A stretch of 64,000 nt of DNA, from assembly GCA_965238005.1 (NCBI GenBank), contig OZ250165.1, positions 3,552,001-3,616,000 on the forward strand, in the 5' to 3' direction. Both the position numbers and the translations under genes were made by a program. This document shows positions 27,881-38,081 of this stretch, one piece after another. Each line of letters begins with the position of its first letter. Position 1 is the stretch's first letter. Source of the stretch: Longimicrobiales bacterium (GTDB taxonomy: Bacteria > Gemmatimonadota > Gemmatimonadetes > Longimicrobiales > Gaopeijiaceae). The notes beneath the pieces were generated by a model. That model was not told where the DNA came from. It made no database searches and saw only the letters and a program-made list of their open reading frames with translations.

Positions 27881-29136
27881 CCAAGAGCCTTCTTCCCCGT
27901 CGAGACCCCGAGGAATTCACGGCGGGCACCCCGGGCGCTATCTCCCTTGAGATCCAACGCGAAGCCGAGGTCATCGTAGAGCGGGTCCGAGCCGTCGGTG
28001 AAGCCGCCATCCGGGAGTACGCGACCAGGTTCGACGAGCGCAGCCCCGAGCAGTCCCTGTACATCACCCGTGACGAGCTGGGGCCCCAGCTAGAAGCGAT
28101 GGCGCCATCCGACCGCGAGCGCCTGAAGCGCATCGGAGGGCGCATCCGCGAGTTCGCCACCGCCCAGCGCAAAGCTCTCACCCCCCTCGAGGTGGACATC
28201 TCCGGGGGTACCGTGGGACACCGCATCGATCCGGTGGAGGCAGCGGGATGCTACGCCCCCGGCGGGCGCTATCCCCTTCCCTCCTCGGTGCTCATGACCG
28301 CCGTCACCGCCCGGGCCGCCGGAGTGGAGTCGGTTTGGGTCGCGAGTCCCCGACCCACGCCCATCACCCTCGCGGCCGCCGCCGTAGCCGATGTGGACGG
28401 AGTCCTAGCGGTGGGAGGAGCCCACGCCATCGCGGCTCTGGCCTTCGGGGTCGGGCCGGTGCCTCCAAGCGATGTGGTCGTCGGTCCGGGGAACCTGTAC
28501 GTGAACGCGGCCAAGCAGCTCTTGGCCGGCGCCGTGGCCATCGACATGCTGGCCGGCCCGTCGGAGCTCGTGATCATCGCGGACGGATCGGCAGATCCGG
28601 CCTGGATCGCCGCAGACCTCCTCGCCCAGGCGGAGCACGATCCCGAAGCCGTGCCGATCCTGATCGCGATGGACCCGGCTCTTATTACCGCGGTCGAAGC
28701 GGAGCTGAGCACCCAGCTCGGCGACCTCCCCACCGCCGATACCGCTCGTACCGCGATATCGAAAGGGGGCGTCATCGCCTGTCCCAACGTCGAGGAGGCG
28801 GCCCGGGTGAGCGACGCCATCGCGCCCGAGCACCTGCAGCTGTCCGTGGCCGATGCCCGTGACTTGGTGCCTCGCCTCAACCACTACGGCGCCCTCTTCA
28901 TCGGGGAAAGGAGCGCCGAGGTGTTTGGCGACTACGGAGTCGGTCCAAACCATGTGCTCCCAACGTCGGGGACGGCCCGGGCTCGGGGAGGTCTTTCGGT
29001 CATGGACTTCCTGCGAGTGCGTACCTGGATTCGCCTGGACCAACCCGGTCCATCTCGCGAGTTGGTGGAAGATTCGGCGTGGCTGGCCAGGCAGGAGGGG
29101 CTGGAGGCCCACGCGCGAGCCGCGGAGCTTCGGTAA
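27877..29136 (+). CDS. hisD: Histidinol dehydrogenase
   Basis: GCYAPGG, VVGPGN, IDMLAGPSE, DLLAQAEHD, APEHL, GDYGVGPNHVLPT. Confidence 0.97.
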   Translation: MTKSLLPRRDPEEFTAGTPGAISLEIQREAEVIVERVRAVGEAAIREYATRFDERSPEQSLYITRDELGPQLEAMAPSDRERLKRIGGRIREFATAQRKALTPLEVDISGGTVGHRIDPVEAAGCYAPGGRYPLPSSVLMTAVTARAAGVESVWVASPRPTPITLAAAAVADVDGVLAVGGAHAIAALAFGVGPVPPSDVVVGPGNLYVNAAKQLLAGAVAIDMLAGPSELVIIADGSADPAWIAADLLAQAEHDPEAVPILIAMDPALITAVEAELSTQLGDLPTADTARTAISKGGVIACPNVEEAARVSDAIAPEHLQLSVADARDLVPRLNHYGALFIGERSAEVFGDYGVGPNHVLPTSGTARARGGLSVMDFLRVRTWIRLDQPGPSRELVEDSAWLARQEGLEAHARAAELR

Positions 29137-29182
29137 GGCTCGCCCGGTACGCTATAATTGATGGATCCTCAAAGGAGACTTC

Positions 29183-30241
29183 ATGAAGCGATCGGTGGTG
29201 GCGCTGGGCTCTATCCTCCTCGGCTCCATAGAGCCTCCGTCAGCAGCCCGGGCTCAAGAAGGCCCGTGGGGCCTTACGGCGGTCGAGGGGATCGCGGTCG
29301 GACATCACACCCTGAGCGAGAGGCCCACCGGCTGCACCGTGATCCTGACCGGAGAGGGTGCGGTCGGAGGAGTGGACGTCCGCGGCGGCGCGCCTGGCAC
29401 GGTCGAGACCGATCTCTTGGATCCGGTGAATTCCGTGCAGGAAGTCCACGGCATCATCCTCTCCGGCGGCAGCGCCTTCGGGTTGGCTGCCCGAGACGGA
29501 GTCATGCGCTACCTGGACGAGAAGGGCATCGGATACCGCATGGGGTCCATCGTGGTACCCATTGTGGTCGGTGCTATCCTCTACGATCTCCCTGTGGGGG
29601 ACGACCCCGGTGTTCGTCCGGGCGCCGAATGCGGATACCAAGCGGCCACCCGGGCCACCGCGGACACGCCCGCCGAGGGGAATGTGGGAGCCGGTGCCGG
29701 AGCGACGGTAGGGAAGCTGAGGGGCATGCGGCGTGCCATGAAGGGTGGGATTGGGACCGCGTCGATTACACTGCCCAGTGGCCTCACGATCGGAGCAATC
29801 GTGGCGGTCAACGCGGTGGGCGACGTCATCGACCCGTCGACGGGTGCGGTGATCGCCGGAGTCCGTACAGCCGACGGCCGGGGCCTCGCCGACGCCCGGG
29901 TGCTGATGCGGGAGGGCCGTCCGTCGAACGAGCCCCAGAGCGGGGCCAACACCACCATCGGGGTCGTCGCCACCAACGCCGTGCTCACCCAGGCCCAGGC
30001 AACGAAGGTGGCGCAGATGGCGCAGGACGGCTTCGCCCGGGCGATCTATCCCGCGCACACGACGGGCGACGGGGACACGGTCTTCTCCCTGGCCACCGGC
30101 ACCTTCAACGGCGCGGCGGCCGTCTCCACCGTCGGAGCCCTGGCGGCGGACATGGTCGCCGAAGCCATCTTACGGGCCGTGAGGGCGGCCACCGGCATCG
30201 AGGGGATTCCCTCCGCCTCGGACCTCAACGCCGGCCGGTGA
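29183..30241 (+). CDS. P1/S58 (DmpA-like) aminopeptidase with signal peptide
   Basis: VGH..TGCTV, DVRGGAPGT, LSGGSAFGL, GANTTIG, PAHTTGDGD; TATAAT at 29153 and AAGGAG RBS. Confidence 0.9.
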   Translation: MKRSVVALGSILLGSIEPPSAARAQEGPWGLTAVEGIAVGHHTLSERPTGCTVILTGEGAVGGVDVRGGAPGTVETDLLDPVNSVQEVHGIILSGGSAFGLAARDGVMRYLDEKGIGYRMGSIVVPIVVGAILYDLPVGDDPGVRPGAECGYQAATRATADTPAEGNVGAGAGATVGKLRGMRRAMKGGIGTASITLPSGLTIGAIVAVNAVGDVIDPSTGAVIAGVRTADGRGLADARVLMREGRPSNEPQSGANTTIGVVATNAVLTQAQATKVAQMAQDGFARAIYPAHTTGDGDTVFSLATGTFNGAAAVSTVGALAADMVAEAILRAVRAATGIEGIPSASDLNAGR

Positions 30242-30358
30242 CGTGGGCGCTCCCGCGCCTCCAGGTGATGCACGGTGCGCGCCGCCCTAAGAGTCCAAGC
30301 CGCCCCGTGACGCACACCGGTCGTCTCGCCCCATGACCCCCGAGACCTCGGCCCGCCC

Positions 30359-31747
30359 GTGAACCTCGAGCTGGTAGTCCTAGTGGTCTACTCGGCCATC
30401 CTCATCGGGCTCGGCCTGTGGATTGGCCGGCGGGTGGAGAGCAGCGGGGGCTTTTTCGTGGCGAACCGCAAGCTCGGTGCAACGCTCATCTTCTCCACCG
30501 TGCTCGCGGCCAACATCGGTGCGGGCAGCACCGTGGGGGCCGCTGGGCTCGGCTACCGGGACGGCTTGGCCGGGTGGTGGTGGGTGGGCTCGGCCGCCGT
30601 CGGCACGCTGATCCTGGCCCTTTGGATCGGACCGCGAATCTGGCGGATCGCCGCGGAGCACGGCCTCTACACCATGGGGGACTACCTGGAGCTCCGATAT
30701 GGCCGGTCCGTTCGCGCGGCCATCACCGGCCTCCTGTGGCTCGGCACCCCAGCGCTCCTGGCGGCCCAGCTCATCGCCATGGCCAAGATCCTGGAGTTCG
30801 TGGCGGGGGCGCCCGAGTGGGCCGGCGTCCTCATCGGCGGGGTGGTCATGACGGCCTACTTCACGGCCGGCGGGCTCCTTACGTCCGCGTGGGTCAACAT
30901 GGTCCAGCTCGTGGTCCTGGTGCTCGGCTTCGCGGTAGCCCTGCCGTGGGCCTGGGGAGCGGTGGGCGGTTGGGGGGGCGTGGTGGCCGCCGCGCCCCCA
31001 TCCGGAGATTATTTGGACTTCTGGCAGGGAGGTCGCTCCGGCTGGATCTACCTGGCGCTCCTCGGGCCGAACTTCATGGTCTCGCCGGGACTCGTCCAGA
31101 AGGTATACGGAGCCGTAGACGAACGCGCCATCCGCCTGGGCCTCGGAGCCGCGGCCCTTGCGTTGCTGGTCTTCGCAGTGGTCCCGCCCCTCTTAGGAAT
31201 GATCGCCCGGGTCTACGACCCGGCCCTAGTGGACCGGGAGCATGCCCTGATGCTGGTCCTGACTGCCGGCCTTCCCACGCTTCTCGGGAGCGTGGGCCTG
31301 GCGGCGGTCTTCTCCGCCGAGATCAGCTCGGCCGACGCCATCCTCTTCATGCTGTCCACTTCCCTGTCCAAGGACCTCTACAAGCGCTTCCTCAGGGCCG
31401 ACGCCGATGACGGACAGGTTCTAAACGTCGCCCGTGGTGCGGCTCTCGCTGGAGGGAGCATCGGCATGCTTCTGGCGCTGGTGCTGCCGTCGATCATCGA
31501 CGCCCTCACCATCTTCTACTCCCTGATGGCCGTCTGCCTCTTCATCCCGGTGGTGGCGGGGCTCTACGCGCGCCGGCCCGGAACGCCGGAGGCCCTGGCG
31601 GCCAGCGGGGTGGGCGTTGCAGCCCTGATCACCGTGGAGCTGGCGGACTTCACGGACCCATTCCCGTGGCTGAACTCCACCTTCCTCGGGATCGTGGCGT
31701 CGGCGCTGGCCTTTGGCTTGGTCTTCCTGGTGCGCCGCCCTTCCTAG
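30359..31747 (+). CDS. Sodium:solute symporter (SSS) family
   Basis: FFVANRKL, IGAGSTVG, TMGDYLELRYG, SAEISSADA; about 13 TM. Confidence 0.92.
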   Translation: MNLELVVLVVYSAILIGLGLWIGRRVESSGGFFVANRKLGATLIFSTVLAANIGAGSTVGAAGLGYRDGLAGWWWVGSAAVGTLILALWIGPRIWRIAAEHGLYTMGDYLELRYGRSVRAAITGLLWLGTPALLAAQLIAMAKILEFVAGAPEWAGVLIGGVVMTAYFTAGGLLTSAWVNMVQLVVLVLGFAVALPWAWGAVGGWGGVVAAAPPSGDYLDFWQGGRSGWIYLALLGPNFMVSPGLVQKVYGAVDERAIRLGLGAAALALLVFAVVPPLLGMIARVYDPALVDREHALMLVLTAGLPTLLGSVGLAAVFSAEISSADAILFMLSTSLSKDLYKRFLRADADDGQVLNVARGAALAGGSIGMLLALVLPSIIDALTIFYSLMAVCLFIPVVAGLYARRPGTPEALAASGVGVAALITVELADFTDPFPWLNSTFLGIVASALAFGLVFLVRRPS

Positions 31748-32169
31748 TGCCCGGCGTAGTTGCGGACTACCTCCCCGCCCTTCATGACCAGCCGGATCGA
31801 TCGGAGGGCCACGATGTTCCGGGTCGGGTCCTCCTGCACGGCGATGATGTCGGCCAGCTTACCCGGCGCGATGCTCCCGAGCTCATCAGACACACCCAGC
31901 ATCGTGGCGGGCTCGATGGTGGCGGACCGGAGCGCCTGGAGATGGGTCATCCCGCCCTCGGCGTAGTACTCGGCTCGATGCGGTCCACACCGGCCTGGAC
32001 GGCATCCCGGGTGGCTGACGGTGACCCTGAGTTTGCCGTCACCTTCACACCGTGACGATGGGCGACAGCGGTCACGGCCTCCATCTCGTCCACGGTCATG
32101 AAGACCGCCGAGATGTCCCCTCCGGGCGTCGGGCGATTCCTCCGGAGATGGCCAGCTTGATCCAGCTAG

Positions 32170-33770
32170 GAGTCTGCGCCGCAGAAGCACAGCTGACTGA
32201 GCCGAATGGTCATCGAGCCGTCCGCGGCGAGGCGGATCCGGGTGATTGGGAGGTTGAGGACTTGTGTCTGCGACGGATCGGGAGAGCGGAATGGATGCGT
32301 TGGGGGGGCAAGAGAGCTACGAGAGCCCTCGCGCCGGCAGATGCGGGTGAACCCTCGTGCAGTCATGCCGCCTGAAGGGTGTGCAGCCGCTTCACATTGA
32401 GTGCCAGGCACACGAGGGTCCACTCGGCCCGGACCTTCTCGAGGCCCCGGAAGCTGAATCGTCGAAAGCCCATCACTTCCTTGATCCAGCCGATGGGCGC
32501 CTCGGCCTGCGACTTTCGCCGTGCGTAGCGTCTGCGGCCATCTTCGCTCGCCAGCTTCTCCGCCATGCGGACTTTCGCCGGATATTCCTCCTTGTCAACC
32601 GTGGGGGCGGCCTTGCCCTCCCGGGCCAGCGCCACATACCCGTCGATGTCTCGCTCTTCCAGTTCCTCGAGATCCCGCTCGTTGCAATAGCCCGTGTCCG
32701 CCAGCACCTGCGCCGGCGTCTCGCCGTACGCTTGCGCCACCGCGTCGACCATGGGCACCAGCTGGCCCTGGTCGCTCGCGTTGTCCGTCACCTCGGCCCC
32801 GACCACCAGCTGGTTCTCCCCCTCCACGACCGTCTGTGCGTTGTAGCACTGCTGGAACCCCTCCGAACTCGTCTTCATGATCCGGCTCTCAGGGTCCGTG
32901 AAGTTGCTCTGCGCCGCCTCGTCCGGCTCTCCGTACTCCCGCTTGTAGGGCCTGCCGCCCTTCGGGTTGCGCGTCTGCCCCGGCTTGCGGCCCCGTGCGT
33001 CGTCCGCCGCTCTCTGCTCGGCTTCCAGGCGCGCCTTCGCCTCCCGGATCGCCGCCAGCCGGTCCTCGCGCCGCTTGAGCTCCTCCGGCACCTCGTCTCC
33101 GCATGCTTCCTCGCCGTAGCGCTCGTCTTCCGCTTCGTCCACCGCCTCGGCCCTCTCCAACAGCCCCCGGATCTCCGCCTCCAGCCGAGGCTCCCCGGTC
33201 ACCATCCGGCCGTAGCTCATCGCCTTGCGCTTGTTCGCGTTCGCCCGAACCTTCGTCCCGTCCACCGACACCCTGCCAAGCCCCGCCAGCCCCAAGGCCC
33301 GCGCGAGCATCACCACCTCCACAAACACCGCCCGGAAATCCCCGAGATGGCGCTTGCGGAACTCGCACAGCGTCCGGTGCTTCGGGAAGTTCTCCGCCGC
33401 CAGCATCCGAAACGCGACATCCTCCTCCAGCTTCCTCGCCATCTTCCGCGACGAGAAGGTGCCCGTCGCATACGCGTAGATCAGCACCTTGACCATCATC
33501 CGAGGGTCGTACGGCGAGTTGCGCCGCCCGTCCCCCCGGTACCGCCCGTAGAACGCGCTCAGCTCCACCGCGTCCACCAGGTCGCTCACATGGTGCGCCA
33601 AATGACCCTCCGACACCCACTCCCGAAGATCCGGAGGCAGCAACAACATCTGCTCCGGATCGTACGGTCGAAATGTCGTTCCCATTCACCCCCCTCGGTG
33701 ATCCGCAAGCCTTCCCAATGCCTTCGCTACCACCAAAGATAGCCGCCGCAGGGTTCTGCGGCGCAGACTC
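32170..33770 (-). mobile_element. IS1182-family insertion sequence (1601 bp)
   Basis: Perfect 17-bp inverted repeats GAGTCTGCGCCGCAGAA (32170-32186 and 33754-33770); CTAG on both sides (32166-32169, 33771-33774). Confidence 0.93.
32363..33685 (-). CDS. IS1182-family DDE transposase
   Basis: LLPPDLREW, YDPRMMVKVLIYAY..SSRK, VDGTK, TDPESRIM, YNAQ, LADTGY, E..G.IKE..GFRRF..RG. Confidence 0.95.
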   Translation of the reverse strand: MGTTFRPYDPEQMLLLPPDLREWVSEGHLAHHVSDLVDAVELSAFYGRYRGDGRRNSPYDPRMMVKVLIYAYATGTFSSRKMARKLEEDVAFRMLAAENFPKHRTLCEFRKRHLGDFRAVFVEVVMLARALGLAGLGRVSVDGTKVRANANKRKAMSYGRMVTGEPRLEAEIRGLLERAEAVDEAEDERYGEEACGDEVPEELKRREDRLAAIREAKARLEAEQRAADDARGRKPGQTRNPKGGRPYKREYGEPDEAAQSNFTDPESRIMKTSSEGFQQCYNAQTVVEGENQLVVGAEVTDNASDQGQLVPMVDAVAQAYGETPAQVLADTGYCNERDLEELEERDIDGYVALAREGKAAPTVDKEEYPAKVRMAEKLASEDGRRRYARRKSQAEAPIGWIKEVMGFRRFSFRGLEKVRAEWTLVCLALNVKRLHTLQAA

Positions 33771-34046
33771 CTAGCCCCGGCCCGGATCTCGAGACGCACG
33801 GCCTTTCGGAACTCGGCCGGGCCCCTGGTTGGCCACCTCGCTCACGTCGGATCCGTGTCCCCACGCCCTGAAGCCAGCCAGGGAAGGATTTGGACCGGCC
33901 CCGCTCACAGGTGCCAACGGCAACTGAACGGCCCCCAAGGGCACGCCCGCCAAAAGGGCGAGCCCAACCGCTAGACCCATCACGACGTGTGGCTGTCTTC
34001 GCATCAACCCTCCCCCAATGCACGACTCTGCCGAAGGATCGGAGCC

Positions 34047-35897
34047 TCAGCAGGAAAGGCAGTTGTGGTTGTTCTTCGAGCCCAAGCTCTCCAGTAGCTC
34101 CAGCGCCTCGGGGAACGGCTGCACCCGCTGGACCGGTCCGTTGGCCATGTCGGCGGTGGTCTGGCCTGGCCGGCTCACCACCGTCACATCGGCGCCGTGC
34201 TCCACCAGGTACCGGATCATCTCCACGTCGCCCCTGGCCGCGGCGTGATGGAGGGGTGAATAGCCGTTGTGGTCCCGGGCGTTGACGTCGGCGCCCTGCT
34301 CCTCCACCAGGTAGCTCAGCGCCGGCATCCAACCGTCCGGCACGTGGCGATGCGAGTTGCCCGCGAAGCCTTCACCGTAGCCGACACCCGAGGCCGCATG
34401 GATGGGGTGCACGGCTGGCCCCCCCACCTGGACCGGCGGCAGTCCGGACCGATCCTCGCGCTCGCCACCCCTGCGTCGCCGGTTGGGCACCTTCAGGGTC
34501 GTCATGCTGGGATCGGCGCCGTGGGCCACCAGCTGCTTCATGGCCTCCACGTCCAAGGCGTAGGCGGCTCGCCAGAAGGGTGTCGCTCCCTTCGTGTCCA
34601 CGCCCAGGAGATCGAAGGTGTATGACATGTACCACAGGTGCTTCGTCAACCGGATGTTCGGATCCACCCCAGCCTCGAGGAGCGCCTTCACAACCTCCAG
34701 GTGCGTGTGTTTTTGCTGCCGATACGCCTGCTGTTGCGGATATCGGGCCTTGGGCGCCCATTGCGCGTTCAGCGCGGCGTAGAGGGGCGTCGCCCCGGCG
34801 TCACTCGCCAGTGACGGATCCGCCTCACGCTCGAGCAGGCTCATGGCCAGGTCGAAGTGGCCATTGATCATGGCGATGAGCATGGGACTCGTATGGTCCC
34901 CCAAGCTCACCTGATCGATGTCGGCGCCGGCGTCGAGGAGGGCCAGAGCCGCCTCCACGTGGCCTTCGCGCGCAGCGTAGAGGAGCGCCGAGAGGCCACC
35001 GCGGCCACCCACGAGATCCGCATAGGTGAGGGGTTGGGGCTGGGCCTCCTCCAGATCCACCGTCTCCGCTTCCAGCTCAGCAACCGGAGTGCGTTGCTCC
35101 TGGAGGGCGGCACGAACCGCCGCCTGAACCTGGCTGGGCGTCGGTCCGCCCGTCTGCTGATCCGGCCCCTGGGCGGTCCGGAACGCCTCGAGCACCTGGT
35201 TCCGCCGCTGGCCGGCGGCCTGATCGGCCTGCAGCCTCACCGCCATGTCTTCCACCACCGTGGTGATGGCCACGTCGGCCCCCCGATCCAGGAGCACATG
35301 GATCGCCTCCACCCGGTTGTTCGCGACCGCGAACATGAGGGGAGTCTGTCCCAGGGCGGAATCGAGTGCGTTCACGTCCGCTCCGCCGTTTAGAAGAAGC
35401 AAGACAGCGTCCGCACTCCCCGACGCGGCGGCGAAGTGGAGCGCCGTCGCTCCTCCGGTGGTGGTCGTGGCCCCCGGATTCGCTCCCGCCTTCAGGAACG
35501 TCTCCACCACTGGCGCCATCCCGGCCCGGCTCGCCAGGTGGAGAGGCGTGTAGCGGCCGACCCGCGTCACGGCTTCGAGATCGGCTCCGGCGTAGATCAG
35601 CATCTCCGCCATCTCGGCGCCGCCGCCCTCGGCAGCCCAGTGTAAGGCCGTCATGCCGTCCCCCTGGGCGGCGTTCACATCGGCTCCCTGCTTGAGCAAC
35701 GCGCGCACCGCCCCGACGTCGCCCCGTTCCGCGGCGTCCGCTACCGGGGACTCCACTACCGGGGAGTCCTCCTCCCGGGAGTCGAGGGGGGCAACTCGAG
35801 AGTCGGCTATTACCGGCGGAGAGGCTGGGACTGCCACCAGCATGATCGTCGTCAGGCCGAGGGCCCCAAGTGCGTTTACGCGCAGCGTGTCGCTCAT
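34047..35897 (-). CDS. Exported ankyrin-repeat protein (cassette copy B)
   Basis: Signal peptide; DVNAAQGDGMTALHWAA and further ankyrin repeats; ends NCLSC. Confidence 0.9.
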   Translation of the reverse strand: MSDTLRVNALGALGLTTIMLVAVPASPPVIADSRVAPLDSREEDSPVVESPVADAAERGDVGAVRALLKQGADVNAAQGDGMTALHWAAEGGGAEMAEMLIYAGADLEAVTRVGRYTPLHLASRAGMAPVVETFLKAGANPGATTTTGGATALHFAAASGSADAVLLLLNGGADVNALDSALGQTPLMFAVANNRVEAIHVLLDRGADVAITTVVEDMAVRLQADQAAGQRRNQVLEAFRTAQGPDQQTGGPTPSQVQAAVRAALQEQRTPVAELEAETVDLEEAQPQPLTYADLVGGRGGLSALLYAAREGHVEAALALLDAGADIDQVSLGDHTSPMLIAMINGHFDLAMSLLEREADPSLASDAGATPLYAALNAQWAPKARYPQQQAYRQQKHTHLEVVKALLEAGVDPNIRLTKHLWYMSYTFDLLGVDTKGATPFWRAAYALDVEAMKQLVAHGADPSMTTLKVPNRRRRGGEREDRSGLPPVQVGGPAVHPIHAASGVGYGEGFAGNSHRHVPDGWMPALSYLVEEQGADVNARDHNGYSPLHHAAARGDVEMIRYLVEHGADVTVVSRPGQTTADMANGPVQRVQPFPEALELLESLGSKNNHNCLSC

Positions 35898-37291
35898 CAG
35901 ACCGTCAGTGAGAAGTCGCCGGTGCTGTCGCCGAAGCTCTCCATGTCGTCGAGCCCCAGCTTGTGCAACAAGCTCAGCATCACGTTGGCCATAGGCGTCC
36001 CGGCCTCGGCCTTCAGATGCGTGTTGCCCGCCAGTCGGCCGTTGGCTCCACCCACGACGACGAGCGGGCAGCGCTTGTGGTTGTGGACGTTGGGGTCGCC
36101 CATGGGAGACCCGTAGATGAGCACGGTCTTGTCCAGGAGGGAGGCGTCGCCCTCCATGGTGTCCTGCAGCTTCTGCAGAAAGTACGGAAGCATGCCGACG
36201 TGGTATCGGTTGATGAGGGCGAACTCCTCGATGGCCGCCTCGTTCCCGCCGTGGTGGGAGGCCGGGTGGAAGGGCTTGTCGGATCCACTCTCGGGGTAGA
36301 CGCGAGCCGAGGAGTCCCTACCCATCTTTAGTGAGAAGACGCGGGTCATGTCCGATTGGAAGGCCAGGACTTGGAGGTCGAGCATGAGCTTGACGTGCTC
36401 CTCGAAGGAGTCGGGCACACCGGCTGGCGCCTCGGGAAGCTCCCGCAGCTCGCCGCTGGTGTTGTAGGCCTCGACCATCTCCATCCGCCGCTCGATCTCG
36501 CGGATGTCCTGCAGATACCGGTCCAGCCGCTGGCGGTCGGCCGGTCCCAGCTCCCTCTGCAGCTGTGCGACCCTGCCCGTGATCCAGTCGAGGATACTCC
36601 GGTTGGCCTGCCGCCGGGCCGCCCGCTCCTTGGCGGTGCCCCCGGCCCCGAAGAGCTGCTCGAAGGCGACGCGGGGATCGCGGATCACCGGGAGAGGCTC
36701 CGTGGGCGACGCCCAGCTGATGGAGTCGGTGTACACGCACGTGTAGCCGTACGCGCATCCCCCGGACTGGTTGATGTTCTCGATACAGAGCTGCATCGAC
36801 GGGATGGGCGTGTCCTGGCCGAACCGGTGTGCGTATAGCTGATCCAGCGACGTTCCCACGAAGACGTCCGAGCCTTCCGTCTGCTTGGGATGGGCCTGGG
36901 TGAGGAAGGTCGCGCTGGAGCGGAAGTGGTCGCCTCCGATCTCCGCTGCCTTGGTGGCCTCGGCCCCCCTCACGTCAGTGTTGCTGACGATGGTCAGATG
37001 GTTCCTGAAGCGCTCCAGGGAGCTCAAGCTCGTGGGACTCAGATCGAAGTCCCGACCCACCGCCGCCGGCGACCACAGGTTCTTGGAGGCGCCGTACTCA
37101 CTCGCACCCGCCGCACCATGCACCATTTCGATGGCCACCAAACGTGTGGCGTCGGTCACTGCGGATCCGCCCGCCTGGGCCCAGAGCCTCCCGGCCGGGA
37201 CCATGGCATCGAGGAAGGGCAACGCCACCGTCGCGCCCAAGCCCCTCAGGACCTCGCGCCGCGATATGTGCTTGCCTGTGATGAACTCCAT
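35897..37291 (-). CDS. DUF1552 family protein, Tat signal (copy B)
   Basis: ISRREVLRGLGATVALPFLDAM; CAYGYTCVY..ISW; LAFQSDMTRV; HPASHH; YGSPMGDPNVH. Confidence 0.9.
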   Translation of the reverse strand: MEFITGKHISRREVLRGLGATVALPFLDAMVPAGRLWAQAGGSAVTDATRLVAIEMVHGAAGASEYGASKNLWSPAAVGRDFDLSPTSLSSLERFRNHLTIVSNTDVRGAEATKAAEIGGDHFRSSATFLTQAHPKQTEGSDVFVGTSLDQLYAHRFGQDTPIPSMQLCIENINQSGGCAYGYTCVYTDSISWASPTEPLPVIRDPRVAFEQLFGAGGTAKERAARRQANRSILDWITGRVAQLQRELGPADRQRLDRYLQDIREIERRMEMVEAYNTSGELRELPEAPAGVPDSFEEHVKLMLDLQVLAFQSDMTRVFSLKMGRDSSARVYPESGSDKPFHPASHHGGNEAAIEEFALINRYHVGMLPYFLQKLQDTMEGDASLLDKTVLIYGSPMGDPNVHNHKRCPLVVVGGANGRLAGNTHLKAEAGTPMANVMLSLLHKLGLDDMESFGDSTGDFSLTV

Positions 37292-38081
37292 CTACTGCCT
37301 CCTCGATGCGATGTATTGCGACTCTACGCTCCGCCGGCCTCTCCGCCCGGCTCATCCGGAACGCCGGGCTCTTCACGACTCCCAGAATGAACGACGACAT
37401 GCGGTAGTCGTTCTCCTCGGCGTCCCTGGCGATGGCCCGGACGGTCGGCTTGTCGTAGTACTCGATCCGACGGCCGAGGGCATAGGCCATGAGGTTCTCC
37501 GTGAACGTCCTGACCAGCGGGATGGGACGCCGAAGCAGGGCCTGCCGCAGGTCCCTGGGACTCGTCACGGGGGTGCCGTCGTACAGCTCACCTCGTGTGT
37601 CCAGCGGCATCCCGTTTTCTCTGATGCGCCACTTGCCGGTCACGTCGAAGTTGTCCAGGGCCAGACCGATGGGGTCCATGAACTTGTGGCAGGAGCTGCA
37701 CACCGGATTCGAGCGGTGCATCTCCATCCGCTCCCTCGTGGTGAGCATCCGGCCGCCCTCGGACCCCTTGGTCTGCTCCAGATCGGGCACGCCGGGCGGG
37801 GGCGGGGGGGGCGGGGTGCCCAGGAGGACCTCCATGACCCATTTCCCCCTCAGCACCGGTGAAGTCCGGCCGGCGTGGGAGGTGAGAGTGAGAACGCTCC
37901 CGTGACCCAGCAAGCCCCTCCGCCGATCGTCGGCCAGCTCGACCCTGCGGAAGTGGGTCCCGGTGATGCCGGGAATGCCGTAGTGCCTGGCCAGGCGCTC
38001 GTTCACGTAGGTGTAGTCGGCGCTGAAGAGGTCGAAGATGCTCCGATCTTCTCGGACGAGGCTGTAGAAGAAGAGCTCCGT
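37044..38081. repeat. Near-identical 1.04-kb repeat, copy 1 (copy 2 at 42943-43980)
   Basis: Constant offset of 5899; only two substitutions noticed by eye. Confidence 0.9.

Larger units (their letters stand above)
31744..34007 (-). pseudogene. Amidohydrolase (prolidase-like) gene split by IS1182 and internally deleted
   Basis: Rejoining at CTAG gives FRKAVRLEIRAGA-SWIKLAISGGI. Further pieces: EMEAVTAVAHRHGVKVTA..AVQAGVDRIE and GMTHLQALRSAT..LGSIAPGKLADIIAV..VMKGG. Signal-like N-terminus at 34007. Confidence 0.85.

Noticed and set aside
32357..33742. 461-aa plus-strand ORF and other long overlapping ORFs
   Set aside because: Antisense or alternate-frame shadows typical of high-GC coding DNA, with no motifs.
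37793..37815. G-rich run as a G-quadruplex or phase-variable tract (also near 43692-43714)
   Set aside because: It encodes the conserved polyproline PPPPPPP of DUF1588-type domains on the minus strand.
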